DNA of 64,000 nucleotides from Harriotta raleighana (GCA_050575255.1 JBNZDD010013666.1:930828-994827); one strand, 5' to 3'. Positions 12,486-26,022 are shown, counted from the stretch's first letter. The notes: a model not told the origin generated them from the letters alone. A program made the numbers and translations.

Positions 12486-13760
12486 CTCTGTATTGTACTT
12501 TTTTTTTCTACCAACTTTGAACTCTGTTTCCCCAGAGTTAATATTGACATTTATTCCTATATCTAAGGCCTGTATCTAATGATATTCCTTTTCAGAATGA
12601 ACCATGCTGGTTCCCTTCCATTTACATCATTTGTTGGAACATGTACCGGAATTGACCTAGATTCCTGCAACACTTACATCTCATGTTCATTACTCTTCAT
12701 TATGAACTGCCAGCTTACCTATGATATGCGCCCTGTGACAACTAGTTATTTTTAACCCCTGATCTTGCACCGCCAATGAGTTATCTAGTCAGACCAATTT
12801 GGGCAGCCAAATATTGACCTAATTTTCACTTTACTCTTTGACCTAGTTGCTCCAGTGATGTTTGGTCAACCTATGATGTTTAGTCTCCTATTTGAAAACA
12901 ATCCCTTTGCTACTACATTTTGCCTATTAGGAACTGACAGAAAGTCATTTGAATCACAGTGAAGTGGAATAGGCCAAAACCAATATTTCTTTATCCAGAA
13001 GACAACTAACAACTTGGACAGGGTCAACAGGAAGAGAGATTGGGATACCTCTTCTGATGATATTTTATTGTTTAAACTTATGAACTTACTCAATAAATGT
13101 AATAAAACGCTAAGAAACGTTAAAATATTAAGTGGCAAAGAAGATATTAGAAGAAGCAACCATGGGAACAACAACTTGACCCCCCCAAGAAGGGTAGAAA
13201 TCACAGCACTTTGAACACTGAATTATTTAAAGATTTTATATTTTAAATTGTGATTCTATACTATATTATAGTATTAGTATATTAGTATAAAATAATAAAC
13301 TTTAATCTGATATAGCACCTTATTACGTCAAAAGCTTTTTGATGTAGGAGACTGTTTATTTTTAGGTAAAGTTGATTATTATTATAATAAACCTACTCAA
13401 GATCTGAATAGCAGTAGGTTTCAAAGAAAGCAAATCAGTGGAAATTTAGATCATATGTGCTATAATTGTGAAATGTATAATTGCATACAGGGAATGCAAT
13501 ACTAAATCATATTTAGTGATTGCCATACCAAAATGGAACCACTCATACAGTACCTTCAAAATGCTCCAAAAAATCTATTATTCTCCATGTCAATGTTTAA
13601 ACTTAGGCATTATGTTATGTCATTATTTAAAATTACAATCAAGTTTAGAATACAGGTTCTGATTGCATTCTAGATTCCAATAAATCCATTTGAGATGGTA
13701 AGAGTTAACTAGGAAACAAAGCTACCAATCGCATTGGGCAAAGATGATGTTTAATCATAC

Positions 13761-13869
13761 CATCATATAGTCGAGAGTCTGGAGACCAACTGTTCTGAAC
13801 ACTGGGTTTAGAAGAAAATGAAGATGAGAAAATATGGAGATCATCTTTTGGTGGAATTTTGTGATCGAG
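13761..13869 (-). CDS. SPATA6: SPATA6 exon 8 (LDHKIPPKDDLHIFSSSFSSKPSVQNSWSPDSRLYD)
   Basis: Strong polypyrimidine tract plus cag, gtatga donor, 109 nt, phase 0/1; the sequence is divergent but position and phase fit. Confidence 0.8.
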
Positions 13870-14079
13870 CTGAAAAAGAAGATAGATAAACTTCCGATTT
13901 TTACATATCCCACAAACTTCTCTCTTAAAAAATGAAAATGCATGTACCATTTACAATCAAAACCAGCCAATATGATTGACCTGCATTATTGGGATTCAAT
14001 GCAGGGCCAGGGCTAAGGATACCAGCTGAGATTTTTCACAATGACAAAGGATCCCAAATTAAATGGAGATTATTCAAAC

Positions 14080-14400
14080 TATTTTACACAAAGACAAACA
14101 AAGGTAAGAAATAAATGAATGGGGAAAGTTATTGAAACAAATAGCATAAATGGTTCAATAATCAATTAGATGTATTTAGAGAAAGGAAGTGGTGAAGATA
14201 GTGAGAATAAAGAAACATAGAGTTGGGATATGCCAAAAAANGGTAAGAAATAAATGAATGGGGAAGGTTATTGAAACAAATAGCATAAATGGTTCAATAA
14301 TCAATTAGATATATTTAGAGAAAGGAAGCGGTGAAGATAGTGAGAATAAAGAAACATAGAGTTGGGATATGCCAAAAAAAACAAGAGCCAGATTCGACAA
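14080..14400 (+). mobile_element. Old CR1-type 3' fragment (partly duplicated across the N at 14241)
   Basis: Resembles the CR1 3' end (..gttattgaaacaaatagcataaatggttcaa..ttagat). Confidence 0.45.
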
Positions 14401-14901
14401 AGGGTTCTTTCCTTCTTTTAAACTCCAAACTGCTCTGTAGGCCCTTTATTATAAACTAGATCAAAAGGTGGAATATCCACCAGATGTCTGGGATATATTT
14501 TTGCTGAGTTTATCAGAAATCAATCTGTTGTTTGCAGATTTAAGCAAAATCTAATCATTTTAAAGGCAGGCTATTTAAAATAAGCCTTTAGCAATCCACC
14601 ATTAATGTAGAATTGTTTCATTTATTTGCAGACTTTTTTCTCACTCTATATATTCATGCCAATTATTTTACCATATTGAACTAAGACTGTTAGAACCTAA
14701 ATTTAAAAATTCAAGAATTTAATATTTGAATCTTAGAATGGTATGATCAGTCAAAGGCATCTTCATTTCTCTGATTATTGAAAAGGCTCGATGTATTGGC
14801 CAATAAAAGGAGAAAAACATTCTCAGCGATTATTCTCAGAGGTTACAGTGATTATTAATTTTCCAATAAATTATATGATTTTGTTGCAGGCATATACATA
14901 C

Positions 14902-15195
14902 ATGTCTTACTACAAATGGAGGTTTATTATCAATTTCTGTTTTAAATTCAAAAGGCCCTAAGTTCAGGTGTGACAGTCTTTGCTTGGCATCTTCCGAGAG
15001 CTCAGCCATCCGTCTTCTCGTGTATGGTGATGGAGACCGTAGCTGCGATGCTGCTGTAGGCTGCTTGTACGTTATTTCTTTATCGTACTTGCTTGTACAT
15101 CCTCCTGCAACTGCAAGGAAGGATTTTCTCTTTGACATTTCTGTAGTGGATTTTCTGAGTGGAAAGACTTGCGATTCTAAAGTTATATCTTGCTT
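14902..15195 (-). CDS. SPATA6: SPATA6 exon 7 (KQDITLESQ...YKQPTAASQLRSPSPYTRRRMAELSEDAKQRLSHLNLGPFEFKTEIDNKPPFVVRH)
   Basis: tttag acceptor, gtatgt donor, 294 nt, phase 0/0; in frame with ORF 14836..15138; matches SPSPYTKRRMCELSED..RLAHLNLGPYEFK..KPPFV.RH. Confidence 0.96.
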
Positions 15196-15959
15196 CTAAA
15201 GAGGAAGAATTACAAGGAAAGTTTACTGCAATGACATTTTTGACTAAAATCAAAAGGTTCACAAATCCACTGTAAAGTTTTATTAATTATAACAAAATCT
15301 TTGTATTATCATGAACAATAATTTTAAAACAGGTAATTTTTTTGAACACACCCATTTTATATTTCCACATAAAAAATCAAGACGTATCACAGAGCCAGAC
15401 AAATGCAATTTTAGACAGCAATAATCTTCTTCCTCCAGGCTAGGCAAAACACTGAAATTGTTAATTGCATTTGAAAGGAGTCATTGTATAATTTGATAAT
15501 AACATTACATGCCTGGAAAAAATGAAAATAAATATCAGGAAAATGCTACCACATTTCACTTCAAAGAACACAGACGTAAACCTGATGGCAATCAATTTTA
15601 CTGAAAATAACCTAAAACTCAATAGCATGCGTTATAAATAGGTTGTTGCACTATCAGCGCAAGCACAATTTACTAATATTTTGTTTAGTTGTTATGCTTA
15701 GTCGTTCAGGTTTGGTGTACAGCACAGCACCTGGGACAAACTAAATTTCTAGAATAGAATTTGCAGAAGAAAAGTTATCAGTATCAGACTGCTTTGTAAA
15801 TATTGTATTTTGTCTTAGACAAACAGAATAGATGTCCTGGTGTTTTAAAAGGTAAAATACACAGCATGCTGTGGTATAAAAGCCACAGTGAGACCTAATT
15901 TACGCTGATCACTTAAAAATAGCAATCTTTTTCGCTAAATCTTTCTAATGGGATTTTGG

Positions 15960-16620
15960 GGGGATTATGTATACTGTAATGGGATTATCTTGAACTGTGT
16001 CTGCCATTGTGTACTTTAAACCAGTTACCTCTTCTGCCATCAAAGATTTGTCCTTGCCAAGCGAATTTCCTTTAAAATTCTCTGTCTGCTACAGTTGGGT
16101 TATTGAACTTTTTTTTCCCTCTCCAGCAACTTCAGTATGCCCCGGCGATCTGTTCTCTCTCCCACTTTGCTCCTTCACCACATCAATGACACTTCTTCAC
16201 TCTCTTTCAACACTATTCCAGGCCATTGCTATTGATTCTTGTGGATGTTCACCAACTTCCTTCATCTCACACGTTCATTATTTTTTACTCCCCCTCACTG
16301 CAAACTGGCTGAATCATTAAACCTTGACCATACTCTTCAAATAGGGAATGATAATCTGGTTTTCTTCAAAGATTCAGTGGCTTCAAGTTTCTTGCAAGTT
16401 AACCATAGGCTAGCAATTCTTATCTTTGATTAAGAGCGGATCCTTTTTCATCACTTAAAATTCTGCTCCTCAGCATTGCCTCAACATCAGGTAGACCTCT
16501 CATATCATTGCTAAAGCAGTCCAAAAGGCTCAACTTCCACTTGTACATCAAACATTTATTCACACTCAAAATCTTTCTCTGAAGCCCATGGCTGTTCAAT
16601 AAGTAAGGTTCTCTTTACCT
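15960..16620 (-). mobile_element. Highly decayed CR1/LINE fragment
   Basis: Composition and remnant motifs typical of CR1 ORF2 on the minus strand; no intact ORF. Confidence 0.4.
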
Positions 16621-16628
16621 TCTAGGCC

Positions 16629-16777
16629 AGTTTTAGTACAGTATTGCAAACTGACTGAAGTTAGTCCGGGCTAGTCCGATGATCGTTCAGCTGTTATGTT
16701 TTCTTAACAATCACTACTTTTGAAAAAAAGTAACTTATTGAGAATTTTCAGTCAGTTTGCAATACTGTACTAAAACT
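16629..16777. repeat. Perfect 31-bp inverted repeat with 87-nt spacer
   Basis: agttttagtacagtattgcaaactgactgaa (16629-16659) is the exact reverse complement of 16747-16777. Confidence 0.95.
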
Positions 16778-17578
16778 CCATTTCTCCCTTACACAATCTA
16801 TAGGGTTTTAAAACCTAACCTGAAGATTTTGTTCTAGACTTACAGTACTGTATTTTATTTCTCTGCTGCTCTTTTCAACCTTAGTGAGTACTGCATGATG
16901 GCTTCTGCAGATTTGACATGAAGGATACAGTGTGGTTGCTGTCACATGGTCCATCATTGGGCAAGGGTACCAGCTCCTGTTTACTACACGTTGATCAGTG
17001 CTGAGGTTCCAAGTGAGGACAGAATTGGGTTCCATCATGACGCCTCCCATGTCTAAATAGCTCACTGATATTGACAGTTCAGGCTCAATTGCAAAGAGTG
17101 GTTACTTAAGAGCCATTAGCACTAATGGAAACCAGTATCAGTCACCGCTTTCTCCTCCCTTCACTCAAATAGGTCAAGAGAAAGCGGAAGGAAGTTAGCA
17201 AGAACAACCTGATCAGTTTCCAGAGGTCAAGCATACCACTGCTCTATGGCATAGGACAAATAAATGTAAACAGACCCTACAGCAAAAATCGAGATTTTCC
17301 ACAAGTAGAGACAGCAAGGGCTGCTTGCTTTTTAGATTGTGAACGGAACAGTTCTTATTCATTATATTTAAGATTGCTCTTACAATAAAAGTGGATAAAC
17401 TATTATTCTGCAAGTTTAGTTGTGGAATAAAAAAAAGTCAAAGTTTTCAGGCAAACACATGCACACAATGATTGTCAACCATTTGATGAATTTTAACTGC
17501 TGCAATGGATGATGTGCTGATACTCGATCAATATAATCTATTGGTCATACAATTACAATCAATAGATGCAATGCTCAC

Positions 17579-17659
17579 CTCATCTTCTATTTCGATTTGG
17601 TTTAGAGGACATTCTTTAATGACTGAAGTTGTAGAAAATTCCAATCTGGGAGCAATACC
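17579..17659 (-). CDS. SPATA6: SPATA6 exon 6 (GIAPRLEFSTTSVIKECPLNQIEIEDE)
   Basis: ttcag acceptor, gtgagc donor, 81 nt, phase 0/0; matches G.APRLEFSTTSVI.EC. Confidence 0.95.
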
Positions 17660-18976
17660 CTGAAGAAACAGCAAATTATATCAGGCACCACGACATGTCT
17701 TGCTCACACAGAAAATAGACTGAAAATAATAGCCCATACAATTCTCAGAACTTTCAATTACTTTCAGTTCACTGATCTATTCTTTGTAACTTTTACAAAT
17801 AAAAACCACAGCAAATTATATAAACTATAATTTAAATAGAAATAGCAGCAAGTGAATGTATTCAACTACTTCCTGTATTTTCAGCTCTGAGTTATCCTGT
17901 GAAAAACTGTTTCTCTTATAGATTTAAAGATATGAATGAAATATTAATGCTTTTATCCTCGACATGCAAATTCTTCTTCTATAAACTGGCTACCAACAGA
18001 GGCGTAATGAATCAAATTACCCCTTTCTCTGAAATGAATTGTCTGATTTCAGTTTNTCTAGCAAATATACAATCACACGATGGGATACACCTTTCTAGTT
18101 CAAACATTAGTATACCTATCTTTTTCCACCAGAAAAACTCACTGTTGCAGGTANTTTTTCCACCAGAAAAACTCACTTTTGCAGGTAGTTTTTGCAATTG
18201 ACAGAAAAGTTTTTAAAATGGGGTCAATGATCAAATAAATGTCAAAATATTTAAGAATCCCCATAGCAGCTGTGGCTAGGTTTAAAAACACTTTTTTTTA
18301 AACCTCCAGCAATTAATGAGGATAACTGGAAGCGGCAGAACTAATATGAACTGTGGGGTGGATGAACTATTCACATCTTCAGTAATTCAATTACAATGTA
18401 TTATTTTGCTGAAAATAAGTTGTAATTTATTGAAAAGTTCTGTGCCAAGTGTAATTATATAGTCAGCCTCAGCTCAATTTCCCTTGTATGGTATTAACCA
18501 CATATTCTCTATATTCCTAATTTAATCACACTACAGACACGTCATGTATACTTGATTATGAGGATAAATGATGAACTGTCTCCACATATGTTGCCAAAAA
18601 AAGACTTTACTGAAAGCCCCATCAACAAAAAACTCTAAACACATGTCTAAATTGGCTATATAAGAAAGTACCGAAAGTAAACAAGAAAGTTTCACATATT
18701 TTAAGGAAATTAAAGGAACAAAAAATTCTATATTTACAATATTGCAGACATGACCTTTACATTGCAAATCAGTTGTAATTTGCAGTCTACAAGGACTAAC
18801 TAACATCTCAAAATAAGACTAGTCAGGTGCTCGTTAATCCCCATTCGTTAGCTACATTACCTTCCAAGAATTCTGTATTGATGAGGGATTACAGTCCTGG
18901 GAATAGAATATTTTTCTATTTGAGCCTCGGACAACAATTGAGCATTGCCTAATGATAGAGTCAACGTACGGATTCA

Positions 18977-19530
18977 ACAACAATAAAAATCTATTTGTAT
19001 AGCACCTTTCATGTCAGGAGGACGTCCCAACTCACTGGGCAGTCAGTGTTTGGATCCGAGCAGGAGTCGGGATCAGGGAGGGTGGAGGGAAGGGGGGCAA
19101 GGAATGTGACCAATGGCACAGTCAAAGAAGAGGGTCTTGAGGCAGGACTTGAAAGAGGCTAGGGAAGGGGCGAGACGGAGGACTTCCAAAGGTTGGGGGC
19201 AGAATGGCCGATGATGGGGTGGGTGGGTCGGCAAACATGGAGCAGGCCGGAGCCCACTAAGCGGAGGGAACAGACAGGTTGGTAAGGGGTTAGGAGGTCA
19301 CAAAGGTAGGGTGGGGCAAGGCCATGGTGAGGTAAAGGTGAGGACTGGGATCTTGAATTGAATCCTCTATGTAATGGGAAGATATGGGCTGCAGAATTCT
19401 GGATGGAGGGAGGAATTGGGAAGGCCGATAAGCTCAATTGGCATAATAGAGCCTAGACGTAATGAAGGCATGTTTGAGAGTTTCAGTGGCCTGAGGGGGG
19501 AGGTAGTGTCATTTATTATGATCCTGGAAA
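18977..19530 (-). mobile_element. L2 3' fragment
   Basis: Tail, terminal stem-loop and IQNSAA..GLAPPYL..PNLW motifs. Confidence 0.85.
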
Positions 19531-20605
19531 TTAAAGCTTTTCAACAAACTACCACTGGATACTTGATATAAAACAACTTATTAATATTCCATACATGACC
19601 AAATAATGAGTATGAATTTGTGTCAGATAATTATAAAAGTTAAGGGCTGATAATAAAACATTTTAAATATGAATTTCTAAAGTTTAAAAAAAAAAAGCAA
19701 TATATGAATGTAAACTTTAAAAGCCCTGTCAGTGAAGGTGGTCAGATGCACTTTAGCATTCAATTTACTTTTGATCTACATTCTACCTCAAGTCCAATTT
19801 CAGCTCACAACTTACAGCCCAACAAAATTCTATTTCCTTCCTACAACCAATGCTGTGCCTGAGTGAGATTGATGAATTACTGCCAATCCTCGCTGAATCA
19901 ATGCAACTGACTCACGCCCATTGGGAACAGAGTTCAGATTACCCAGGGGCAGGGTGACTGCCAGACCAGCAGAGACATAATTACATCCCTTTTTTCACAA
20001 GCAAAGGGCAACAATCGGCAAGATTAGATGCCTATTGATTAGATATAGAATATAAAGTGGAAATGCTCAAACAAACGTAATTAATTTTTCTAATATCTAA
20101 CCTGTTAGAAGTAAAAACATATACAGATTAAATGTAATGATTATTGTCTTCCTAAAAAGTGGGTTGTCATCAATCTGTACCTGCTTAGGCACCTGTTTCA
20201 TAACATTTGCAAGAATATTTCCATGCAGAACTTAACATAAAAGCAGAAACTTGGGTTTTGCCAGTTGGAAATAAAAATTAAGAACCAGGAAATGAGTAAT
20301 TGTCCATGAAAAGACTGCTTCTCAAGTATCTTAGGCAGAAATTTACCATTAGAGGGAAATAAATATGCACCCAACTCACACAGCACAAGTATGTTACTTT
20401 GTTACTCTACTCAGATTACGAACTGACAATTTCCTAAATATGGCAGTTTCATTCAAACATCGGTTTCAGTCAACAAATAAAACTAAATCAAACTGTTATA
20501 CACAGCTGCTATTAGGCTCATAGATGCTCTATCCATTCATTTAAAAAAAATTAAATCGATCATCCATGATAGGTTATCCTTAAATTTGTTCAGAACATCA
20601 AAATT

Positions 20606-21288
20606 CAATAAAACCCAGTTTATCCGTGACTTGATGAACCGGAAACCCCATTGAACCAGAACCTCAAAAAAAAAGTCCAGATTCAATAAACCGGAAGTTA
20701 TCCGGCAGAATAGTGATCATTCACTATTTACATTTAATGAATCAATTGTTGCAAGCAAGTACTGGTGCAGGTACTCAGCTGGCCGCTAGTCGAGCCGAAA
20801 GTCCCGCTACTGCCGTTTTTAAAAAAAGTCCTGACATTGCCTTTTTTTAAAAAAAAGTCGTGCTACTGCTGCTTGGTCTTCTCCCATGGCTGCCATTGCA
20901 GAAGTTAAGTAGAAATAATAAAGTACTAATACAATATTCTGTTATTACAGTATCTATTATTAGTGTATTCAGTCTATTATTTGTATAGTATTGTTCAACA
21001 TTTACAATAAACTAGCCATACAATATAGCGTTATTACAATATTTGTTATTACTGTATTTACTCTTATTTACACGGTACAGTGTACAACATTTACAATAAA
21101 ATATCCATACAATATTGTTATTATCTGTTATTATTTAGTCTATTATTATTTAGTCTACTATTAATTTTTAAAAAATNTAGTCTACTATTAATTTTAAAAA
21201 AATATATATTTTTAAAACTGTTCAACCAGAAAACCATTTAACCGCCACTGGCCAGGTTCAATGGGTGCGGATAAACGGGGTTTTGCTG
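20606..21288 (+). mobile_element. Non-autonomous Tc1/mariner (Tigger-like) DNA transposon
   Basis: TIRs caataaaacccagtttatccg / cggataaacggggttttgctg followed by TA; second copy at 23245. Confidence 0.8.
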
Positions 21289-21807
21289 TACACAGAATTT
21301 TTATGATTTAAAAATAGATGCTGTTAAATTGGTTTCAGCATCCTATAAATTTCTCTGCATTGGTTATGGTCCAGAGATATGTTTTACTGAACAGTTATAC
21401 TGCACTAACAGTGAAAGGTTATGATTCAATAAAGATTTTGGCCTGTATTGTGATGTATCCACATAGGTTGCTTTGGCTAGCTTGAAAGAGTGACATCAGT
21501 TGTGTTTCTCTAATTAGGTAATATTGGTGCCTATCAAGGTCTACTAAAGAGAAAACAGGATTCACAGCAGTAAATATCGAGTATACCTTCAACCCCACAA
21601 ATTACTGAGGTCACAAATATCAATACCATCATGCTCGGATTGTGATTATATCAATGCTGATCCAAGCACCTTATGGTGCAATTTGCTAAAATGACCAAAA
21701 TTATTTTCTAACTTATCTTTGAAATAGACAACCTACATTTATTTACCTACATTCACTTCAGCAACATGTTCTTAATTTGCACTGAATAATCTCTCAAAAT
21801 AACCGTT

Positions 21808-22058
21808 AGTTGCCCCCACACTTTGGAATTCCATCCTGCAGTCCCTCCGCCTTGCTTCCTCTCTTTCCTCCTTCAAGGCCGGTCTCAAGACCTTCCTCTT
21901 CGACCGCGCCTTCGGTTCCCCCCCCAATATATCTTCCCAATGTCCTTCCCCCTATTCCCAATTACCCCCCCATGCTCGGGTACCGACCTGACTGTTCAGC
22001 GCTTTGGGACGTCCTCCCGACATGAAAGGCGCTATACAAGTGTAATTTTGTTGTTGTT
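21808..22058 (+). mobile_element. L2 3' end
   Basis: Terminal stem-loop and (TTG)n tail. Confidence 0.88.
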
Positions 22059-22978
22059 AGTAATTTCACGCTCAAATGAGAGCTAAAAAGGTTTCTAACA
22101 AGAACAGCTTATGTCAGTTTTGTTTAAAAAGATCATAGTTGGAAGCCTTGCAAATATCAACTCTAAAAATCAAAAACATTCTTAAAAGAAGCACCAACAA
22201 GCCCCTCATTCATTTTATATAAAAGTACTGTGGTTGGTATCTCTCAGATTTCACTTCTACAGTGCTATTGACTGCTCATTTTTGCTCAGGAACAAAACTG
22301 CTGGAAGCTAAATTTACCTGATGTAAAATCTTGACATAACTCTGTAGAATTTATAATAGCAATTTCAAGGAGCCAATCAGTCATAGGGACAAGCATCAGG
22401 GCAGAATTGAAATCTGTTACATTGTTAGTCATGTGTCTTTCTGACTGAGATTTTCCTATCATTCTGTCTATACTACTCACAATTTGTGCTTTTATTCAGT
22501 TACTTGTCCAGAAACTCCCAAAAAGTGCTGGTGGTGTGATTGAAGCACAGAAGGATGTATACACCAGTGAAAGGATATGTGCATATCTGTGCTTGCTCCT
22601 AACCACATGAGCGTCAGTGTTGGCCAGGGTCACAATGAATCTCTGTTCTGCTAGTTTGATTGGTTCACGTCAACATGAGTTGACAATGGCTATATATCTA
22701 TATTAATTAAACAATTATGTGCAAAGGTTTGATTTGGGGGTCATGTTGTTGAACACATGGTTAACAGTAGGAAAGGTCAAAAGCCACAGCATTAAATTGG
22801 TTCCTAACATGGATCACACAATTAGCAACTGTTTGTCATATGATAGTACTGATGTTCAGACAGCCATTTCCACACCCCCACCTTTACTGACGTTTGAAAA
22901 CTAGAATAACTAAACAATATCTTAGTTTTCATTTATTGTGTTCCAGTTGCCCACCAGATGAGAACACTTGTAGTTTTA

Positions 22979-23969
22979 CTGCAAAACCTTGATAATCCGA
23001 CATTCTGAAAGCCGGCAACTACGTAAAACCGGCAAGATTTCAAAATACAAACAGTATTAGATTTTTTCTGATGTTGGCAAATCTCCTGAAGTTGGGAACA
23101 GCGGCTTGTAGTTCAAGGTTTGGCCTCTGTCACCCGGTGCTGTGGGTCGGGCTCGGCCATTGTTTGGCTTCAGGGCTGTGTTTACAGCTCACTTGGTATA
23201 TGGGGTAAGGATTCTCCAGCCATTTCTAGGGTAGATTCTAAATACAGTAAAACCCTGTTTATCCGGCACCAGTGGCGGTTAAACGTTTTTCCAGTTGAAC
23301 GATTTAAAAAATTGTTTTTAAAACATTTGGTTTTAAATTTAAAATGTTAACACATACCATATTAATAATAGACTAAATAATAACAGAGTATTGTATTAGG
23401 ACTTTATTATTTATACTTAACTTCGCAATGGCAACCCTCACCCGATGGAGGTAAAAAAAAGGAGCGAGTTTAGACCCGACTAGCGGCCAGCTGTGAGTAC
23501 CTGCACCAGTACTTGTGTGCGACAGTCGAATCAATAAACACATCATCACTATTTGCCGGATAACTTCCGGTTCATTGAATCGGGACTTTTTTTTTGCGAA
23601 GGCGGTTGAACGGGTTTTCCAGTTCACCGAGTCATGGATAAACGAGCTTTTACTGCAACAGTAAACTCTGAAATCTGGCAGGTGAGTGGCCCAACTGTGC
23701 TGGGNGGAGCGAGTTTAGACCCGACTAGCGGCCAGCTGTGAGTACCTGCACCAGTACTTGTGTGCGACAGTCGAATCAATAAACACATCATCACTATTTG
23801 CCGGATAACTTCCGGTTCATTGAATCGGGACATTTTTTTTTGCGAAGGCGGTTGAACGGGTTTTCCAGTTCATCGAGTCATGGATAAACGAGCTTTTACT
23901 GCAACAGTAAACTCTGAAATCTGGCAGGTGAGTGGCCCAACTGTGCTGGGTTATCCAGATTTTACTGTA
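22979..23969. mobile_element. Tigger-like element containing a nested MITE (23245-23655)
   Basis: Outer ends ta|ctgcaaaaccttgataatccg and gttatccagattttactg|ta; inner element ta|cagtaaaaccctgtttatccg...ggataaacgagcttttactg is the reverse of 20606-21288. Confidence 0.7.
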
Positions 23970-24304
23970 TACTTAAACATATCAATTTTGAAACTTGCAA
24001 GTTCAGGGATAAAAAGCAACATCTCAGGATATTACATTAAAACTGAACAACGTAAACCAGATCTAAGGGAAATTTACTCTGTTTTTGTTTAGTCAATTAC
24101 CTTCTGGTAAAGTATGCTAATCCTCCATCTAACTGGAAGACAGTATTAGATAGAAAACTGAAGATATCATTTTCTCCCATTCCATCACTGAACTCCCTCT
24201 GAACAAGTTTTGCTGAAGAGAAATTGAATTAATTCTTTATAATTGATGATCATGTAAAACTTGTTTATCTAATGATTTGTAATTATACATTAATACTCAC
24301 TTAC

Positions 24305-24429
24305 AGGGAAATTAATAGACCTCTTCATTAGCAGATCTCTGTCTGAGCCAGTATAGGTTGGAGTCAATCTGGGACCAGGATAAAGAAAGTCCCTTGTGTT
24401 CTCCTCATAGACAGCCAGTGTTTCACCCG
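24305..24429 (-). CDS. SPATA6: SPATA6 exon 5 (AGETLAVYEENTRDFLYPGPRLTPTYTGSDRDLLMKRSINFP)
   Basis: ttgtag acceptor, gtaagt donor, 125 nt, phase 1/0; family motif GETL..Y.ENTRDF.FPGP. Confidence 0.95.
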
Positions 24430-25309
24430 CTACAAAAACAGGACAAAAAGTGAAATAATTTTCAAAGAGTTAATGGAAATATACAACATTTTATATACAT
24501 ACAGTACTACTTATATTGGTGAGTTACTAGAATTTAATAACTCACTAGTAAAGTATAAGTCTAGCTGCTGTAATAAACTCATTAAAAATTAACATATGCA
24601 TGCATGTAATACAGTACTTTAAAAAACAAATATGAGCTTGGATAAAGTGAAGCCCTCCGAGATGCAATTCTAATTTAATGGTGCTATACAAATCTAATTT
24701 TTTGTTGTATAGGTTAGCGGAAAGGGATAATTATTTTCTCTTTCAAGATTCTGTANTGAAGCCCTCCGAGATGCAATTCTAATTTAATGGTGCTATACAA
24801 ATCCAATTTTTTGCTGTATAGGTTAGCGGAAAGGGATAATTATTTTCTCTTTCAAGATTCTGTATTTGTTTTCCTTATTTCTAAGGCTTTATTTCAGAAC
24901 TTCAAGAATAACGAATCTCTGACCACTTCAGTGAAAAAACAATGTTGTTGTTGTGTTTCTAGTTATGGAAAGCACTCCCTGATGAATAATAATATAATTC
25001 ACACACTATAACAACAACAACTTTGATTTATATAGCGCCCTCCACCCTGGGCAGCATCTCAGAGTGCCTATGTGATTATGTGATTCTATGCAGGGCGGCT
25101 GCATATCCAAGACATGGAAGCGTAGGAAGCATTACATCTTACATGCACAGTACACAGCAGGTAATGTCAGAAGTCCATATTTTACTCACATCATTATAGC
25201 ATAGTTCTGAGATATTGAACGCAGACAATTGTGTTAGAATGGTGTTACTGTGTATACAAGTCAAAATAAGGTGGATGGAGGAAGAGGGTAACCAAAACAG
25301 CAACTTGCA

Positions 25310-25630
25310 ATCAGATAGCACTCCTCACATGCGGTAGCTTCCAGGAGTGCTTAACAGTGAAGGAGTCTGACTCTGAGCCGGGAGGGTGGGGGGGCAAGGG
25401 GGAGATGACTGCAAGCACTAAGGTCAAAAAAAGGTCTTTAAGCTGGATTTGAAAGTGATGAGGGAGGGGGCAAGGTGGAGGGATTGAGAAAGGGTTTTTG
25501 GACCTGCTGAAGGCACGACCACTGATAGTGGAACAGAGGGCGAGAGTGACAAACAGAAGGCCAGAGCCAAGAGGAGGCAATGGGTGGTGGAGTCGGTGGT
25601 AAGCAGATTGGAGATGTGGGGAGGTGCAGT
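25310..25630 (-). mobile_element. L2 3' fragment (second subfamily)
   Basis: GSGLL..ISGRAFS..FQIQLK motif; similar to 30740 and 52838. Confidence 0.75.
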
Positions 25631-25719
25631 GGTAACGGTTGTCCACCATGTTTAGTTTACCAATGAAATATGTAGGTCAAGCTCCAAAGGATAGGGATGT
25701 CATAACTATAAAAATACAA

Positions 25720-26022
25720 TGGTGTCCTGCAGCTCAGTGGTTAGAGCACTCGCCTTGCAAGCAAGAGACCCAAGTTTGAATGCCGGCAGGTTTGGGCGAA
25801 ACCTTAGGCATGTTTCCTTACTCCACACTCCTGATAATAATTCTTCAAGAAAAAAAACAAAAATAAATTGGTCATTTCAATCCATGATTATTTGTGGAAC
25901 ACTGCTGTGTGAAACTGTCGCATTTTGACCACAAATATACAGTCAATTCACTTTACAGTATATTCCGTGAAGCACTTTGAGAAGATGTGAAAAGCGCTAT
26001 AACAAATGCAAGGATTATTATT
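25720..26022 (+). mobile_element. tRNA-derived Deu-domain SINE, near full length
   Basis: tRNA-like head (gcagctcagtggttagagcactcgccttgcaagc..gtttgaat), Deu core tttgtgg..ctgctgtg, L2-like 3' end and (TTA)n tail. Confidence 0.88.

Noticed and set aside
13014-13214. ORF superficially like the TERB1 'LTPRRR' region
   Set aside because: Only a few residues match; antisense intronic position with no other exons.
25720-25795. tRNA-Ala gene (also 52033 and 30270-30340)
   Set aside because: Degenerate stems, and each continues straight into a Deu-SINE body, so these are SINE heads.
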